NCBI GenBank assembly: GCA_951406725.2
Contig: OX597822.1
Span: 75,826,001 to 75,890,000 of the forward strand
DNA from: Octopus vulgaris
Lineage: Eukaryota
Reading direction: 5' to 3'
DNA: 64,000 nt
Position numbers and translations under genes: made by a program. Shown here piece after piece: positions 22,271 to 36,321 of the stretch (positions are counted from its first letter, which is position 1; the number at the start of each line of letters is the position of its first letter). The notes below the pieces were generated by a model, which did not search any database, was not told the origin of the DNA, and was given only the letters and a program-made list of their open reading frames with translations.

Positions 22271-23821
22271 GTCTTACGATCATGGATCCAGCACCCTAAC
22301 GCAAGTAGCTACGGCGGATTATACCACTTAATGTTCAGTATCTATTTCTATAAGATTATTTCTGTGAAATTTTCTCATTAACGCCATTTTTAGAGAAGCC
22401 GTCTTTGTAATATTTAGAATATCGATTTCGAAGCACAATGATTAGACAGTCTAAATTTAAACATTTTAATACTGTTCTGGGAATTGGTTGGTTGAATGTG
22501 AATATGTATAAAATATTACCAGGTGTATGGTACAGGTGAGAGAAAGAAATGAATATATGCAGAGTCTCTTGGAAGAAAGTAACTATGATAAATTTGGGTT
22601 TAAGTTAGGTGAAAGCTGCACGAGTTTTAAAAAAGAACCTTGCTTTGATACAGACCAGGGTTTTGGTCAAACTGCATCTTGCATGATACATGGGCTCTTT
22701 GTTAATTTGTGGCTCTTTGAACGTTAAATAGATGTTGCTCGCGGAAATATGCTGGCTCGGTTGATCTCTTTTTATTTACCACAGTTAATATAAAAGTTAA
22801 ATACGACAAACATCAGGCTTCATAATTATTGGATATGAATTGCTATCAGCAGTATAATGCAATGGGATCGGTTTTTCTTTTACGAGAAAGAGAAACAGCG
22901 TTCCCAAACAATTGCAAATAATCCTAAATATAGAAATGTAATGATTAGAAAAATTCTTCCCTTTCTATTTTAACTTTGTACTCTCTGACTTCCTCAACAT
23001 GTTTTCCATTCAAGTTCTAACCCGGTAAATACATATAAACCTATGTGAAATGATAAATACAATACAAATTTACGTGGTATGTTATTTTTAATACTTTCTT
23101 TCAAAACAGCTCACACACTTGGAAGTGACAACAAATGGGGAAGTTTATTTTGTGTCTTCCATTTTTATGTTTCAACACTGTCACATTTCTCTTTTCACTA
23201 TGGTTATTGTCGTATTATCCGCTAAGAATACCATGGATACCAATGATTAACACAATAATTAATTAACATAATAATTAATATTAACACAATAATTAATATA
23301 CTTCATGGCGGAGGCCTCGCCCCTAATTCAGTAATGAGCAACAGAAACAATTCCAAACGATAGTGTTAGATCTGAATGAGGCATTGTTCTTTAGCGCTGG
23401 TAGTAGAAATGATGGGAGGTATCAGATGCAGAAGAATATCAAAGACTAACCTCGTGGCTAAGAGGTTAAATATTTGGATGCGCATTGGGGATGATACAGG
23501 CTGCTGAGAGCCTCGTTAGTCTACCTCAGGACGTACTTTTTTATGTAGATCAAGACAGCGTAATACAGGTCGAGATTTCGAAATCACTGTCACCTCTCTC
23601 TTTTAAATGCATATTCAATATTTACTTTACAAAAAACTAATGAGTAATTCTGCAGTTTAATGTAAAATTGCTTTTATTATAACTCGGCATAAAAACAAGC
23701 ACACACACACACACACGCAGATGTATGTATGTATGTATGTATGTATGTATGTATGTATGTATGTATGTATGTATGTATGTATGTATGTATGTATGTATGT
23801 GTGTGTGTGTATGTATGTATG

Positions 23822-24135
23822 TCATTATTTAGTTTATTTCAAGATTTCTTGCCAATAGAGAAAGAACTAGATTCTAACCTAGATCCAAGGCTCTTTCATT
23901 GGAATTTGAACATCAACAACAGGGTATGATGATGTTGATGTATGTATAAATGTACGTATGTGCAGATTTGTATGTTTTATGTATGTATTCTCATGCATAT
24001 AGTTGCATATCTACACATGCTCATATATGTGTGTCATTATTCAGTTTGTCAAGATTGTTTGCAGATAGAGAAAGAACCGGCTTCTAACCTAGATCCAAAG
24101 CTCCTTCAGTGGAATTTTAACATCAACAACAGGGT
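23822..24135 (-). repeat. Two short 3'-UTR stubs of the RLE-type element (23822-23925 and 24035-24135)
   Basis: Duplicated ~100 bp segment whose minus strand TTCCA..GAGC.TTGGATCTAGGTTAGAA.CCGG.TC resembles the 3' UTR at 24850-24910; each lies next to ATGT/GT repeats. Confidence 0.6.
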
Positions 24136-24389
24136 ATTTTTGTTTGTTTGTATGTATGTATGTATGTATGTATGTATGTATTATGTGTGTATGTATGTAT
24201 TTATGTAGACGTGCACATTTGTATGTTTTGCTTTATGTATCTCTTCTTATGCATATAGTATATATGTAAACATGTTCATATATAATTAAAATGATAAACT
24301 TCTGGAAAGTTGTACAGATTTTTACAGTTCCAGTGATTGGTTGGATCTGTTGTCATCGAATTATCTTTCTTCTTTCTGGTTTTCAAAAA

Positions 24390-24710
24390 CCTCCTCAAGA
24401 CTGGTATTTATATCTCAGGGCCCCAATAATTACAGGTATAAACCTGAACTTGTAATCTGGATAGAGTAACTGCAGATTTCTCAATAGTTCAGCGTAGGTA
24501 TTCTCTTTTTCACTGATCTTCAGCTTTATGTTAGCATCCACCTAGCAGCTAATTTCCACAACTGTGCACACTTTCTCTACACTATCCGAAATCGTTATAT
24601 TAGGTCTGTTGTACTAACATTTTATTGAAGTTTTCAGTGGGACATTCCACCAATATCCTTTTTATTATGAGTGGTTATGGCTTCTACCATATTGTGAGTT
24701 CTTATTTCTT
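24390..24710 (-). pseudogene. Second RLE-type endonuclease fragment
   Basis: RPNITISD..KVCTVVEISC..DANIKLKISEKENTYAELLRNLQLLYPDYKFRFIPVIIGAL, paralogous to 25060-25210; (R/K)PD..E..K-type nuclease motif. Confidence 0.7.
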
Positions 24711-24825
24711 GTATGTATGTATATAATATATATATATGCATGTATTTGTGTATGTATGCATGTATGTATGTATGTATGTATGTATGTATGTATGTATGTA
24801 TGTATGTATGTATGTATGTATGTAT

Positions 24826-25212
24826 CTTCCATTTTTTAATTATTATACTTCTTCCATTGATGAGGGAGCCGGTTTTCAATAAAGATACAAGACTCCGTCT
24901 TTGGAATGTAGACAAATTCACATTTGGAACTTGAGAAAAGTCATGCATATTTTTACTATTCCACTCACAGACTGCACTTGTAATGTACGAATCAGCCGGT
25001 CGACTTCTTTCTAAAAATCTCGATTTATCCAGATTATCCTTTAAGCATTTACTAACAAAACCTAGTGCTCCAATTCTTATTGGTATGAATATGAATTCAT
25101 AGCCTGGATATAGATGCTGGAGGTTTCGAAGCAGTTCTCCATAGATATCCTCTTTTTCTTTGACTTCCAAAGAGATATTTATATCTGCAGGGCAACTGAC
25201 CTCTGTGATAGT
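24826..25212 (-). mobile_element. 3' end of RLE-type (R4-like) non-LTR retrotransposon in (TACA)n
   Basis: EVSCPAD-like, KEKEDIYGELLRNLQHLYPGYEFIFIPIRIGALG..QVQSVSGIVKICMTFLKFQM*, then a short 3' UTR; (ATGT)n on both sides; internal ATGT run absent. Confidence 0.75.
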
Positions 25213-25789
25213 ACATACATCTGTATGTATGTATGTATGTATGTATGTATGTATGTATGTATGTATGTATGTATGTATGTATGTATGTATGTATGTATGT
25301 ATGAATGGATGGATGGATGGATGGATGGATGGTAGGATGGATGGATGGATATTTATTCAAGTATAAGTACATATAAAGTTTATAAATTCAATATAGATAT
25401 TATAAAGAATGTAGTCCCTCCAGTGAAAGATGAATATCATTTTCGTACACAACTACTACAAGAGCTCCTAATAGTTTTATGCCTTTAGGATACTTCATCT
25501 GGGTGTATTTATAAAATACGCCCGTATCTCCAATCAATCTTTCATGCTCTGTTTATACGTTAGATATATTTTAAAAACAAGGACTCTAGACAGTGGAAAA
25601 ATTAAAAAAAGTAGGGAAGAAAAAAGCGAAGTTTGGTACGAAAAATGGAACGAGAAGAAAGAAACGAAAGCAAGGAACCCGGGATCTCCGTCTTCCCTGA
25701 TCGTAGACACTACAATTAATGCAAATGGTAAAGAACAAAAACAGAAAACATCAAATACTGCGAGATAGCAACTCTGTCTGGAGTAGGTG

Positions 25790-26240
25790 GTGTCTACCAG
25801 TTTGGCAAACGAAATCTGTGCGTGTGTTTGTACCAACTAAAAGTTTCAAATCTTGAATAAAGTGGTGTTCTGGAATTCTTGGAGCGAGGAAGACTATGAG
25901 ATCTTTCTGCTACGCATAATTTGCATTTCTTGAATCCATTAACACATGATTTGTATTTCTTCATAATTTTCCTCTCGATTATATATGGTTAGACTTGGTC
26001 TTCAAACTCCATACATGCCTAGGCAACTTCGTTACATTACGTTTGTCGATGTACTGATAGGTGGTCTGCATAAAGTTTTTCGAAATTGTCTTCCCGTAAC
26101 GCGATGTAATTCTTCTTTTCAGTGAAGTTATCCCGAAGCGTTGGTGTCACTTCTGCCTCGTATATGTCGGAGATTATCATACACGCCTGGTCAATTGGGC
26201 AGACTTCACGACGCGACAGCTACAAGTGGGAATGTTGACA
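25790..26240 (-). pseudogene. Decayed PLE GIY-YIG endonuclease region (possibly Nematis-like)
   Basis: With frameshifts: CSCR.EVCPIDQACM..IYEAEVT..KNYI(G)VTGRQFRKLYADH..KKCKLCVAER.. Confidence 0.7.
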
Positions 26241-26317
26241 TACCTACCTAGCCAACAGGATGACATCATTCGCAATCTGAAATGCTGCAAGGCCCACTGT
26301 GACCAGTGATATACAAC

Positions 26318-26386
<69 letters not shown>

Positions 26387-26404
26387 TGTATGAAAACATA
26401 TATT

Positions 26405-26821
26405 CTTTTACTCTTTTACTTGTTTCAGTCATTTCACTGCGGTCATGCAGGAGCACCGTATTTAGTCGAGCAAATCGACTCCAGGACTTATTCTTTGTAA
26501 GCCTAGTACTTATTCTATCGGTCTCTTTTGCCGAACCAATAATGTTACGGGGACATAAATACACCAGCATCGGTTGTCAAACGATGTTGAGGGGAACAAA
26601 CACAGACACACAAACACACACACACACACACACACACAGATATATATATATACATATATACGACGGGCTTCTTTAGGTTCCTATCTACCAAATCCACTCA
26701 CAAGTCTTTGGTCGGCCCAAGGCTATAGTAGAAGACACTTGCCCAAGGTACCACACAGTGGGACTTAACCCAGAACCATGTAGTTGGTAAGCAAGCTACT
26801 TAACACACAGCCACTCCTGCG
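26405..26821 (-). mobile_element. SINE family A, full length
   Basis: Reverse complement of the 10230 copy. Confidence 0.9.
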
Positions 26822-26823
26822 AT

Positions 26824-27040
26824 CTTTTCTAACTATAGACACAAGGCCTGAAATTTGGGGGGAGGGGGTCAGTCGGTTAGATCGACCCCAGTATGCAACT
26901 GGTACTTAATTTATCGACCCCCGAAAGGATGAAAGGCAAAGTCGACTTCGGCGGAATTCGAACTCAGAACGTAGCGTCGGGTGAAATACCGCTAAGAATT
27001 TCGTCCAGCGTGCAAACGATTCTGCCAGCTCACCGCCTGG
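26824..27040 (-). mobile_element. SINE family B
   Basis: Reverse complement of the family B body with the CCCCCAAATTTCAGGCCTTGTG tail. Confidence 0.85.
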
Positions 27041-27041
27041 G

Positions 27042-27143
<102 letters not shown>

Positions 27144-27145
27144 TA

Positions 27146-27193
<48 letters not shown>

Positions 27194-27196
<3 letters not shown>

Positions 27197-27740
27197 GGTG
27201 TCCCCAAAAAATGTATACACACCTTAAATAATTGTAAATTTGGGGTTTATTATAATTCGAATAATTTTCAACATGTAAAAGAATTTACAAATATCATTCT
27301 ATTGTCTTGTTATCGCATGTTCTCAAACTGATGTCCGTTCTGCTCCAGACACTGCTGACAACGCGAAGCGATGGAATGGCACACATCATGGAACAATTCC
27401 CTTGGGATATTCATACATTCATATTCAATGGTTGCCCTCAATTGAACGACTGTTGCAGGTTTCTGTGCGTAGACTTTGTCCTTTAGGTATCCCCATAAAA
27501 AGAAGTCTAGTGGTGTGAGGTCTGGTGAACGTGGAAGGTATTCGACAAAACCTCTCCGTCCAATCCACCTGTTTGGCAAGATTCCATCAAGAAAGGATCT
27601 AACATCGCGATGGTAGTGTGGAGGTGCCCCATCTTGCTGGAAATAAAACTCTTCCTGTTCAAAGTCCTCTCTAATGCTTGGCATGACAGACTGTTGCAGC
27701 AAGTTCAAGTAATGTGTATACATTCTTTTGGGACACCCTG
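27194..27740 (-). mobile_element. Internally deleted Tc1/mariner-superfamily DD41D (rosa/Visitor-type) transposon
   Basis: TIRs CAGGGTGTCCC(C)AAAA.AATGTATACAC, TA flanks; retains [30 protein letters not shown] with 41 residues between the 2nd and 3rd Asp. Confidence 0.9.
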
Positions 27741-28282
27741 TATATACATATATATATATATATATGCATTTAGGCATCCTTATACAAACATATTCTTAAA
27801 TGTGTGCGTGTTTTGTACGTACATACATATACCCGAATTAGTAATAATTGATCCGATATATCTTTCGAAATCTCTATTTCCCTCTCTGATATATATTTCC
27901 GTTATAATTTTTACTTACTTCACGACGTCACATATTCGCTTTTTAACTCTGCCATCCTAAATCTTATTCTTCTCCTAATATAAGCGTCTGACTATTCTTC
28001 TAGTTTATTCCCTAACCAATTCGCTTATAAATCTCCAAGAATTATTATTTGCACATTTTATTTACTTACATTCATTGATTTGTGACTAATAATTGGCCAA
28101 AATTCAACTGTCTGCCATTACTGACTCCGCAATATTCTTGGTTTTTTATATATCTATTAATAATAACCTCTTGACAATTATGTTTCGGTTTTAATTCATA
28201 ACCAACAGTGTTCACTTCACCTAAACAAACAAGATCCCCTGAGTTATGTCCCTTTTCTGTGTATTCTTTTATTCTACATTTC

Positions 28283-28465
28283 TTTTATTTGTTTCAGTCA
28301 TTTGACTCTCAGCCATGCTGGAGCACCACCTTTAGTCGAGCAAATCAATCCGAGGTTTTGTTCTTTGTAAGCATAGTACTTATTCTATCGGTCGCTTGTA
28401 ACGAACCACTATGGATGTAAACATACCAGCATCAGTTGTGAAGCGATGTTGGGGGGGACAAACAC
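28283..28465 (-). mobile_element. SINE family A 3' half
   Basis: TTGTTTCAGTCATTTGACT..AGTACTTATTCTATCGGTC. Confidence 0.75.
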
Positions 28466-28489
28466 ATACATACACACATATATACATTA

Positions 28490-28532
<43 letters not shown>

Positions 28533-30442
28533 AAGATTAATTAAATATAGAGATATCCAACTGCCGTACCAGTTGGATGTTTAACACTATTCTTTGAAGG
28601 ATTTTTTTCCTCAGTTTGTTACTTATATAAAGTAAATCCCCAAAAAGAACAACAAACACACAAAAAAAACAAGTAAAAGAGTAAAAGTGTATATATATAT
28701 ATATAAGTAATTATTTGGTCTTTCGGTATATGTCTATTAGTATGCCGATTGAAGCACATTTATTCTTTGGGCTACCTCATGTCATCCGCAGTTGCGGTAT
28801 AATTTTCACTGGATCTACATTCAGGAATTCCGCAGTCTTCGTTTAGTTTATAATTGATGAGGGAAACGGAAAATGGGTTTGATACGAGTTTATATTCAAC
28901 GTGACTATCGTTTCGGCTCATCCTGCAGCTGTCCCTTATGAGTAGGATGTTGTAGAATTCCAACCACTTTTCATGATTCGCTACCTTTATAGGATCCAGT
29001 GGCTAAAGACATAATCAGTTTCGGCCCCTACTCCTCCACCGTTTTCGACGTGCTCTTCAGCTCTGGTGTTGAGTGCGTTTTTTTTTTTTTCTTAGGGCAT
29101 TTGCTCTTTGGTTTCTTCGATGCAGCGTCAACGAATATCAGCGAGCGAATGACCACCCTGCTAAATCTCCCTTTAAATACTCGCCGGTAGACTCCAGCAG
29201 CCAACGCCAACTAACTGTCGCGTGACAATCTAAACTTTAACTGACCAATGGTGAGGGAGGTCGCGTAGTTTTGGCTCGCGTCCCCTCTAAACCTACCTTT
29301 TAATAGCGTCGTGTTAGTTTCAGTTCCAGCAGCCAGAGACTAGCTGTCTGGTGGTACAAGCCTTCGAACCATCGGAGAAGAGGGCGCGCAATAAACGAGA
29401 TCGCTCCTAGCCTCATCTGGCGACGCTATTACCCAGTTGGCATGTTATGACTTTCGAGCCATTTCGGGCGTTGCATCAGCCAGTGCAGTCTGTGCCCCCC
29501 CCCGGTGTTTGCTATAAACGATATCCTGTTATATATACAGGGTTTCTCCAGGCATGTTGTACTCTCTCGCACTTTGTGGGTGCACATCGATAAAGGCTTT
29601 CTGTATTGAAGCCATGATCGAAATTCTCTCGATCACCATTCAGCATGCTTATTTCATTCACATTCGTACAGCAAAGTGTTTGCGAAAAGTCACATGATCT
29701 ACAACTTCATCATTATTCAGTCCGAGGATGTAGAAGAAGGACAGAAGACAGCACTTGCCGTGGATTTCGTATAGTGGGACTAGGGTCGATATGACATAGT
29801 CACAAAATGAACATCTTAGCCACATAGCCATGCCTGCACTTAATGTATAATAATTTCTAATTAGCAAGCTCTATTTAAAACACAGATAAATTAATGTTAA
29901 CATATTAAATGTAAAAATCATTTAAATGTAAACTGGAAATATACATGTTACTTTATGTTTTTTTGCGCATGCACGGAGACAAATCCGTACATGCTTTAGT
30001 CTTATTGAAACTTATCAGTGGACTACGTTTCCCAAAATAGTGATGAATAAAACATTTTGTAAAGGCGGTACATTTTTTGGTACAAGAAAATAGAATTGTT
30101 GGAAATTAAAGAATTCCAAAGCACTATGCCTGTGAAGAAAAACAATACATGAGTTAGTGTTTATACAATGGTTGGCACAGATCTAACGAATGTCAACAGA
30201 ACAAAATCATTTGATAGTCACGTCACACAGCATGATAAGTAAACAGCTCAGTGTGTGAAAGAATATTCAAAATTTAGAATATATTTATATGCTTAAGCAG
30301 ACACAAACACACTCACCCACACGTACACACCCTCATACACTTACACAGGTTTGTAAGTGTGCATATATATATATATATACATATATATACATATATATAT
30401 ACATACACATATATATATTTATACATGTATATATATATATCT

Positions 30443-30505
<63 letters not shown>

Positions 30506-30640
30506 TATACATATATATACATACACATATATATATATTTATACATGTATATATATATATTTATACATGTATATATATATATATATATATACATGTATAT
30601 ATATATATATATTTATACATATACATATATATATATATGT

Positions 30641-30707
<67 letters not shown>

Positions 30708-31729
30708 CATACAAATATATGAGTATACATGTATGTATGTACAGATGGGTTGTTGTGAAACATGTTTCAAGTATATAAATACGTATGGATATATTTTTAT
30801 ACTTGAAGCATGTGTGCGTATGTATATATACATGATCACAAATGTTTGTATGTATCTAAATCTTCATGCATGTATATATCAGTGTGCTTGTGTACGTTTG
30901 TATGTAAGAGTGTGTGTATATATACATATACACATATGCACACGCGTATGTTCATAGTATATGAAGTTGCTTTGATTTATACATACATACATACATATAG
31001 AGCTGTTAAAGCCATGATTTTTCTGAAGCATATTAAAATCGTTGAGAAAGTATTGAACATATCGTCTTCATGTAGCATGTTAAAGGAAAGTGTTCTGTAT
31101 ATTGATTTGTAGTGACCCTACATATTTCTATTGAAAAATATGAAGACAATGTGCTACTGAATAGTGATTATTTCATAGTTTGGTTTATTGATCCATCTAG
31201 TGTTGCATATTTTTGTAAGAGACAGCGCTTCATCAATATGGGAATACAAGACGTTGACCTATCTACGTGTACTTCTTCGCCTTGTTAGTTAAGTTGCATA
31301 TGGCTGTAAGACGAATTCTTTATTACAACACATATCATACGTCGGTCACATGAAAAAGCATCATAGCTCATAAGAATAGAAAGCAATCTGGCAAAACTAC
31401 TTCCTATCACGAACAACAAAGATAACTATTAAAGATCTGCGAATAAGTTACAAATGCTTAACAATCACGATATCTGAAGATTTGTCATAATTGTCTCACG
31501 TAACATTACTAGACATTATCAAGAAAATTAAGCTAGTGGTGATACATTTAACATTGCAAATATTAACCTTTTGACCTTCCTAAGAATCACACACGGTGTC
31601 CATGTATCTTATACTTACATTGATAGGTTTCGGCCAGTACTCGCCCTGGCGATTTCTAAGTTAATAGTACCACCTGGCAAAGTCATTCAAATCAGGAATC
31701 GGACAACATGGCCCACTCGAGGGGAAAGT

Positions 31730-32050
31730 TATTGCTTATGGAGACATATCCGGGTGTTGGTAGTTTATCCAGGATTTTTTGGAGGAATTTGTCCAAAGAC
31801 TTCTCAAACTTTATGGGCTCTGTTTCTGCTTTAATGTGTTAAAGAGAGCGGGGCCAATTGAGGTGAAATAATTGTGCCGTGTTGTTGTTATGTGATGCGA
31901 GTATAATTTATGTTGAGAGCGGATAGGACGAGGTCTCGGGCGTGTCTTAATGACGATGCCAACATCATTTGGGTAATGCTGATGGAATATTTCCCACATC
32001 ATGCAGATGATGTAGCGCTCCCGGCAGCGTTGGAGAGAATAAAGCTTGTC
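31730..32050 (-). mobile_element. CR1-clade LINE 3' fragment (same family as 53474)
   Basis: KLYSLQRCRERYIICMMW..TSIGPALFN. Confidence 0.8.
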
Positions 32051-32150
32051 GACACTTTTTTTCGACCACCACAGTAAACTGAAACTTACTATGAGCCAGA
32101 ACGCGCATAAACAGATGCACACATATGTACCTACCTACATACATACATAC

Positions 32151-32535
32151 TGTGGTAAGTAGTTTGCTTACGAACCACATGGTTTCGGGTTCAATTCCAC
32201 TGCGTGGCACATTGGACAAGTGTCATCTACTATAGCCTCGGGCCGACCAACGCCTTGTGAGTGGATTTGGTAGACGCAAACTGAAAGAAGCCCGTCGTAT
32301 ATATGTATATATGTGTATGTGTGTCTATATGTTTGTGTGTCTCTGTTTGTCCCTCGACATCGCTTGGCAACCAATGCTGGTGTGTTTACGTGCCCATAAC
32401 TTAGCGGTTCGGCAAAAGACACCGATAGAATAAGTACTAGGCTTACAAAGAATAAGTCCGGGGGTCGATTTGCTCGACTAAAGGCGGTGCTCCAGTATGG
32501 CCACATTCACATAACTGAAACAAGTAAAAGAGAGT
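32151..32535 (+). mobile_element. SINE family A
   Basis: Aligns to 10245-10615. Confidence 0.9.
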
Positions 32536-32542
32536 ATATATG

Positions 32543-32599
<57 letters not shown>

Positions 32600-32604
32600 G
32601 CTAT

Positions 32605-32653
<49 letters not shown>

Positions 32654-33130
32654 CAGACAGACAAGCATACATACATACATACATACATACATACATACAT
32701 ACATACATACATACATACATACATACATACATGTGTGAGTGTGTATCTGTGTGTGTATATAACAAAATGAGCTTTGAGAAATAATTCAGTGAACCCGATC
32801 TCATGGATGTGAGTGACAAGGAAGAGTATAGGTATACAAGATGCTTTATTGGATGCATTCTTCTTGATTTATTGAAATTGTCTTTACTTGGAGACGGATT
32901 AAATAAACAGCTAGTAGCAGTTGTCATTCGCTTCAAATGAGAATTGAAGGTAAACTCGAGAAATCTCCAGGCGTAGGAATGACTGTGGAGCTAAGAAGTT
33001 CGCTGCTCTACCATGTGGATTCAAGGATAGTCTCACAGCGTTTGACATTGGACAAATGTCTTCTGCTATAACCCTGGGTCGATCACTGCTTAATGAATGT
33101 ATTTCTTTGACAGTAACTTAGTGAAAGCCC

Positions 33131-33193
<63 letters not shown>

Positions 33194-33625
33194 ATGTGTG
33201 TATGTATGTATATAATATATATATGTATATTATGTATATGTATATAATATATATGTATATTATATATATGTATATAATATATATATATATATATGTATAT
33301 ATAATATATATATATATATGTGTGTATGAGTACAGGGCATCAACAACTCTGCAAAAAACATGAAGTAGGAAAAACAACGAGTTGAATACGCAAACAACGA
33401 GAGAAAAGATGGAAAGTAGGGCAAGTAAACACAGACAACAACCCTTCATCAGTTGTTGGCTGTCTGTCTACTCCTTATTTTGAGCATTCACACACTAGAT
33501 AGATACATAGATAGATAGATACATAGACAGACAAATAGATAGACAGACAAATAGATAGATAGACAGACAGATAATCAAACAGATACACAGACAAATAGAT
33601 AGACAGACAGATAGATAGATAGATA

Positions 33626-34904
33626 AGTTTCTTTATTGGCCACACAGGGCTGCATACAGATGGGACAAGTTACAAGGTAGAGCTTTTCTTTTGGGGGATG
33701 AAAAAAAAAAAAAAGGGGGTGGCGTAGGTTTTCGATCAAGAGGGATCGTAAAAGGGAAGAAAAGAACAAAAAAAAAGAAATAAATAAAATAAAAAAGAAA
33801 AAAAGAAAAAAAAGAAAAGGAAAAGGAACAAAAGAAAAGAGAAATGAAAAAGAAGAACAAAAGGGAAAAAAAGGGGAAGAGGAAAAAGAAATGATCAATA
33901 GGGATCGTGTATCACAGTGTTATGATATATGGTGTAAAGGGGAAAGCAAGTAAGGTTTATCCGTGGGAAGAAAAGCCTACGAAAAAGACCACGGTAACCT
34001 TGGTCAATATTGTTATATGTTACCACATTTGTTTGCAAGTGGGTAACCCTCTGCTTTCAATTTCTGGGTTCATAGGATTATGCTCAAGGTGGCTTCGTCA
34101 TTCATACGTGCCATCCTTGCTACATTCACCCATCTTTTTTTCAAACATTCGCTAGACAAAACTTGCCTCTCTACTCTCACTTTCCTTTTCAAGTGGTACT
34201 TGAAGAAGTTGATGAGAGATTGACCAGAGAGGAAAGTGTTTGTCTCCAATCCTTTCAGACGCGTCCACCAGATACATTATTTCGCCATAGCCACAAGGAT
34301 GATGAAAATAGCTCTTCCTTCCCGTTTGAAGGAAGGAGGCGTGACAATATTGACGATAGACTCAGCTGATAAACCGACTCGTCCCACACGTAACAGCAGT
34401 TGTTCGACATAAGCCCACAGGTCGGAAATTGTTGGACACTGCACGAGTGCGTGTAGAACGGTTTCGTCGCTCTGACCGCATCTCGGGCAGGTCGGTCCCG
34501 TGTTTCTCGAGCCGTGTCTGTAGAGCTTATCCCGAACGGGTAGCGCTTCTCGGTAGCACTGACAGGCCAGGGATCTCTGGAAGTTGTCTATGGGCCCTGG
34601 CCCGAAAGTCGTCCTGAACAGGCGGGTCAGGTACTCCTCGTCGACGTCCAGGTTCGTCCCGAGCTCGTCGTCGTACCTCCCCTCCACTAATCCCCTATAG
34701 AATGCTTTGGTTGTGTTGAAGTCACTCAAGGTCGACCCAGGACGGCAGAGTTGCTTGAGAGCAACGCGACACTCGCGGTGCCATCCGTTCTTCCTCGGCC
34801 TCTTTTTGATCCACGACTGCAGTTCGGTCATGGAGACGAGCTGCGGGAAAGCGTGCCTCACAAACGGCGACCACACCTGTTCACCGTCGTCTACAAAGAG
34901 CCTG

Positions 34905-34905
<1 letters not shown>
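33626..34905 (-). mobile_element. 3' end of L1/Tx1-like non-LTR retrotransposon (ORF2 C-terminal zinc knuckle + 3' UTR) inserted in (GATA)n
   Basis: REALPVRDKLYRHG..TCPRCGQSDETVLHALVQCP..LW (C-x2-C-x8-H-x4-C); T-rich 3' UTR ending AATAAAGAAACT; (GATA)n on both flanks. Confidence 0.85.
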
Positions 34906-34975
<70 letters not shown>

Positions 34976-36041
34976 GAGAGAGAAAGATAGAGAGATATGC
35001 ATATATATGTGTGAAGAGAGAGCAATGCTGAGGTAGAGAGAAACGTAGATGAGTTGAATGATAAATTAATAGTTATATAAATAGTTACATATATGTAGAA
35101 TTATTGAAAGAGATGGGCTGTGTGGGTGTATACTTACCTATGTATGTATACGTGTGTGTGTCTGCGCGTGTGCGTGAGAGACGAAGAAGAGCGTGGTAGT
35201 GAAATGATGTGAATAACTGAGGGACTAATAAAAACCGAGAAAAGAAAAAATGTGTGCGCTTATGTACGCCATAGTTTACGCATACGCGTCAACGTGAAAT
35301 ATGTGCGTAAATGTGTAAAGTGCGTATGCCACAGAAGCTTCCCGGTATCTCACCACGACTGCCATCAACCTGTAGCAGCAGCAGCAATAACTCCGCTACC
35401 CATTTCCAACCCATCTTCGTTCCGTTTACTCCCTTGATAGCCGGAATCATAAATCTTTTGTTAAGCAACAGTTTTGCCATTCAGACACAGCCAAAAGGAG
35501 ATCTCTCTAATTGTGAAAGAAGCATCTATCCTGCAGTTGCACCAACTACTTGTATTTTATTTCACAATGTGTCCTCAGTTCCGCGAGATTATTAAATTTC
35601 CGCTCAATATTCTTATTGAGCAACAGATATGAAGAAAACAACGAAAAAATAATGAAAAACGAAAAAAAAAAAAGACAATGGAAAGAAAGAAAATAGTGCA
35701 GACATTGAAGAAAATGAAAAAGAAAACGAAGAAAAGAGTAACAATAAAAATAACAATTAAAACCATTTGATACGACTGTTCCGCGAGTCTATCTCATTTC
35801 TTATAACGTATCAGATATCACACACACCAATTGTTTCGAAAGGAAATTTCTTTTCTAAAGGAACTTCACAAGCTTTCATATTGAATATCATTATATCTAT
35901 CGCTCGTTCCTTGCTGTCGTTACCTATCTCTTTCGCGCGCTCTCTTATTGCTTTCTTTAACAATTCTTCATATGCACACATACGTACATACATACATACG
36001 TACGTGTGTGTATACTTGTGTGAGTGTGAGCATATGTATGT

Positions 36042-36124
<83 letters not shown>

Positions 36125-36282
36125 AAGAAAGGGAGCGAAAAATGCGATATCGTTCACTTTCTGGCTTTCCCCATTTATCTATCAAGCTATCCATCTATTA
36201 TCTCTATCTTCCAGTGCTTTTCTTATTCTCTGCTACTCTTTCATATTGAGTTGTTGTTGTTGTTGTTGAGTGTGTGTACATG

Positions 36283-36321
<39 letters not shown>

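Noticed and set aside
33440-33490. Minus-strand CTGATGAAGGG with upstream GCTCAAAA as a type II hammerhead
   Set aside because: GAAA absent in this copy and stems I and III do not form.
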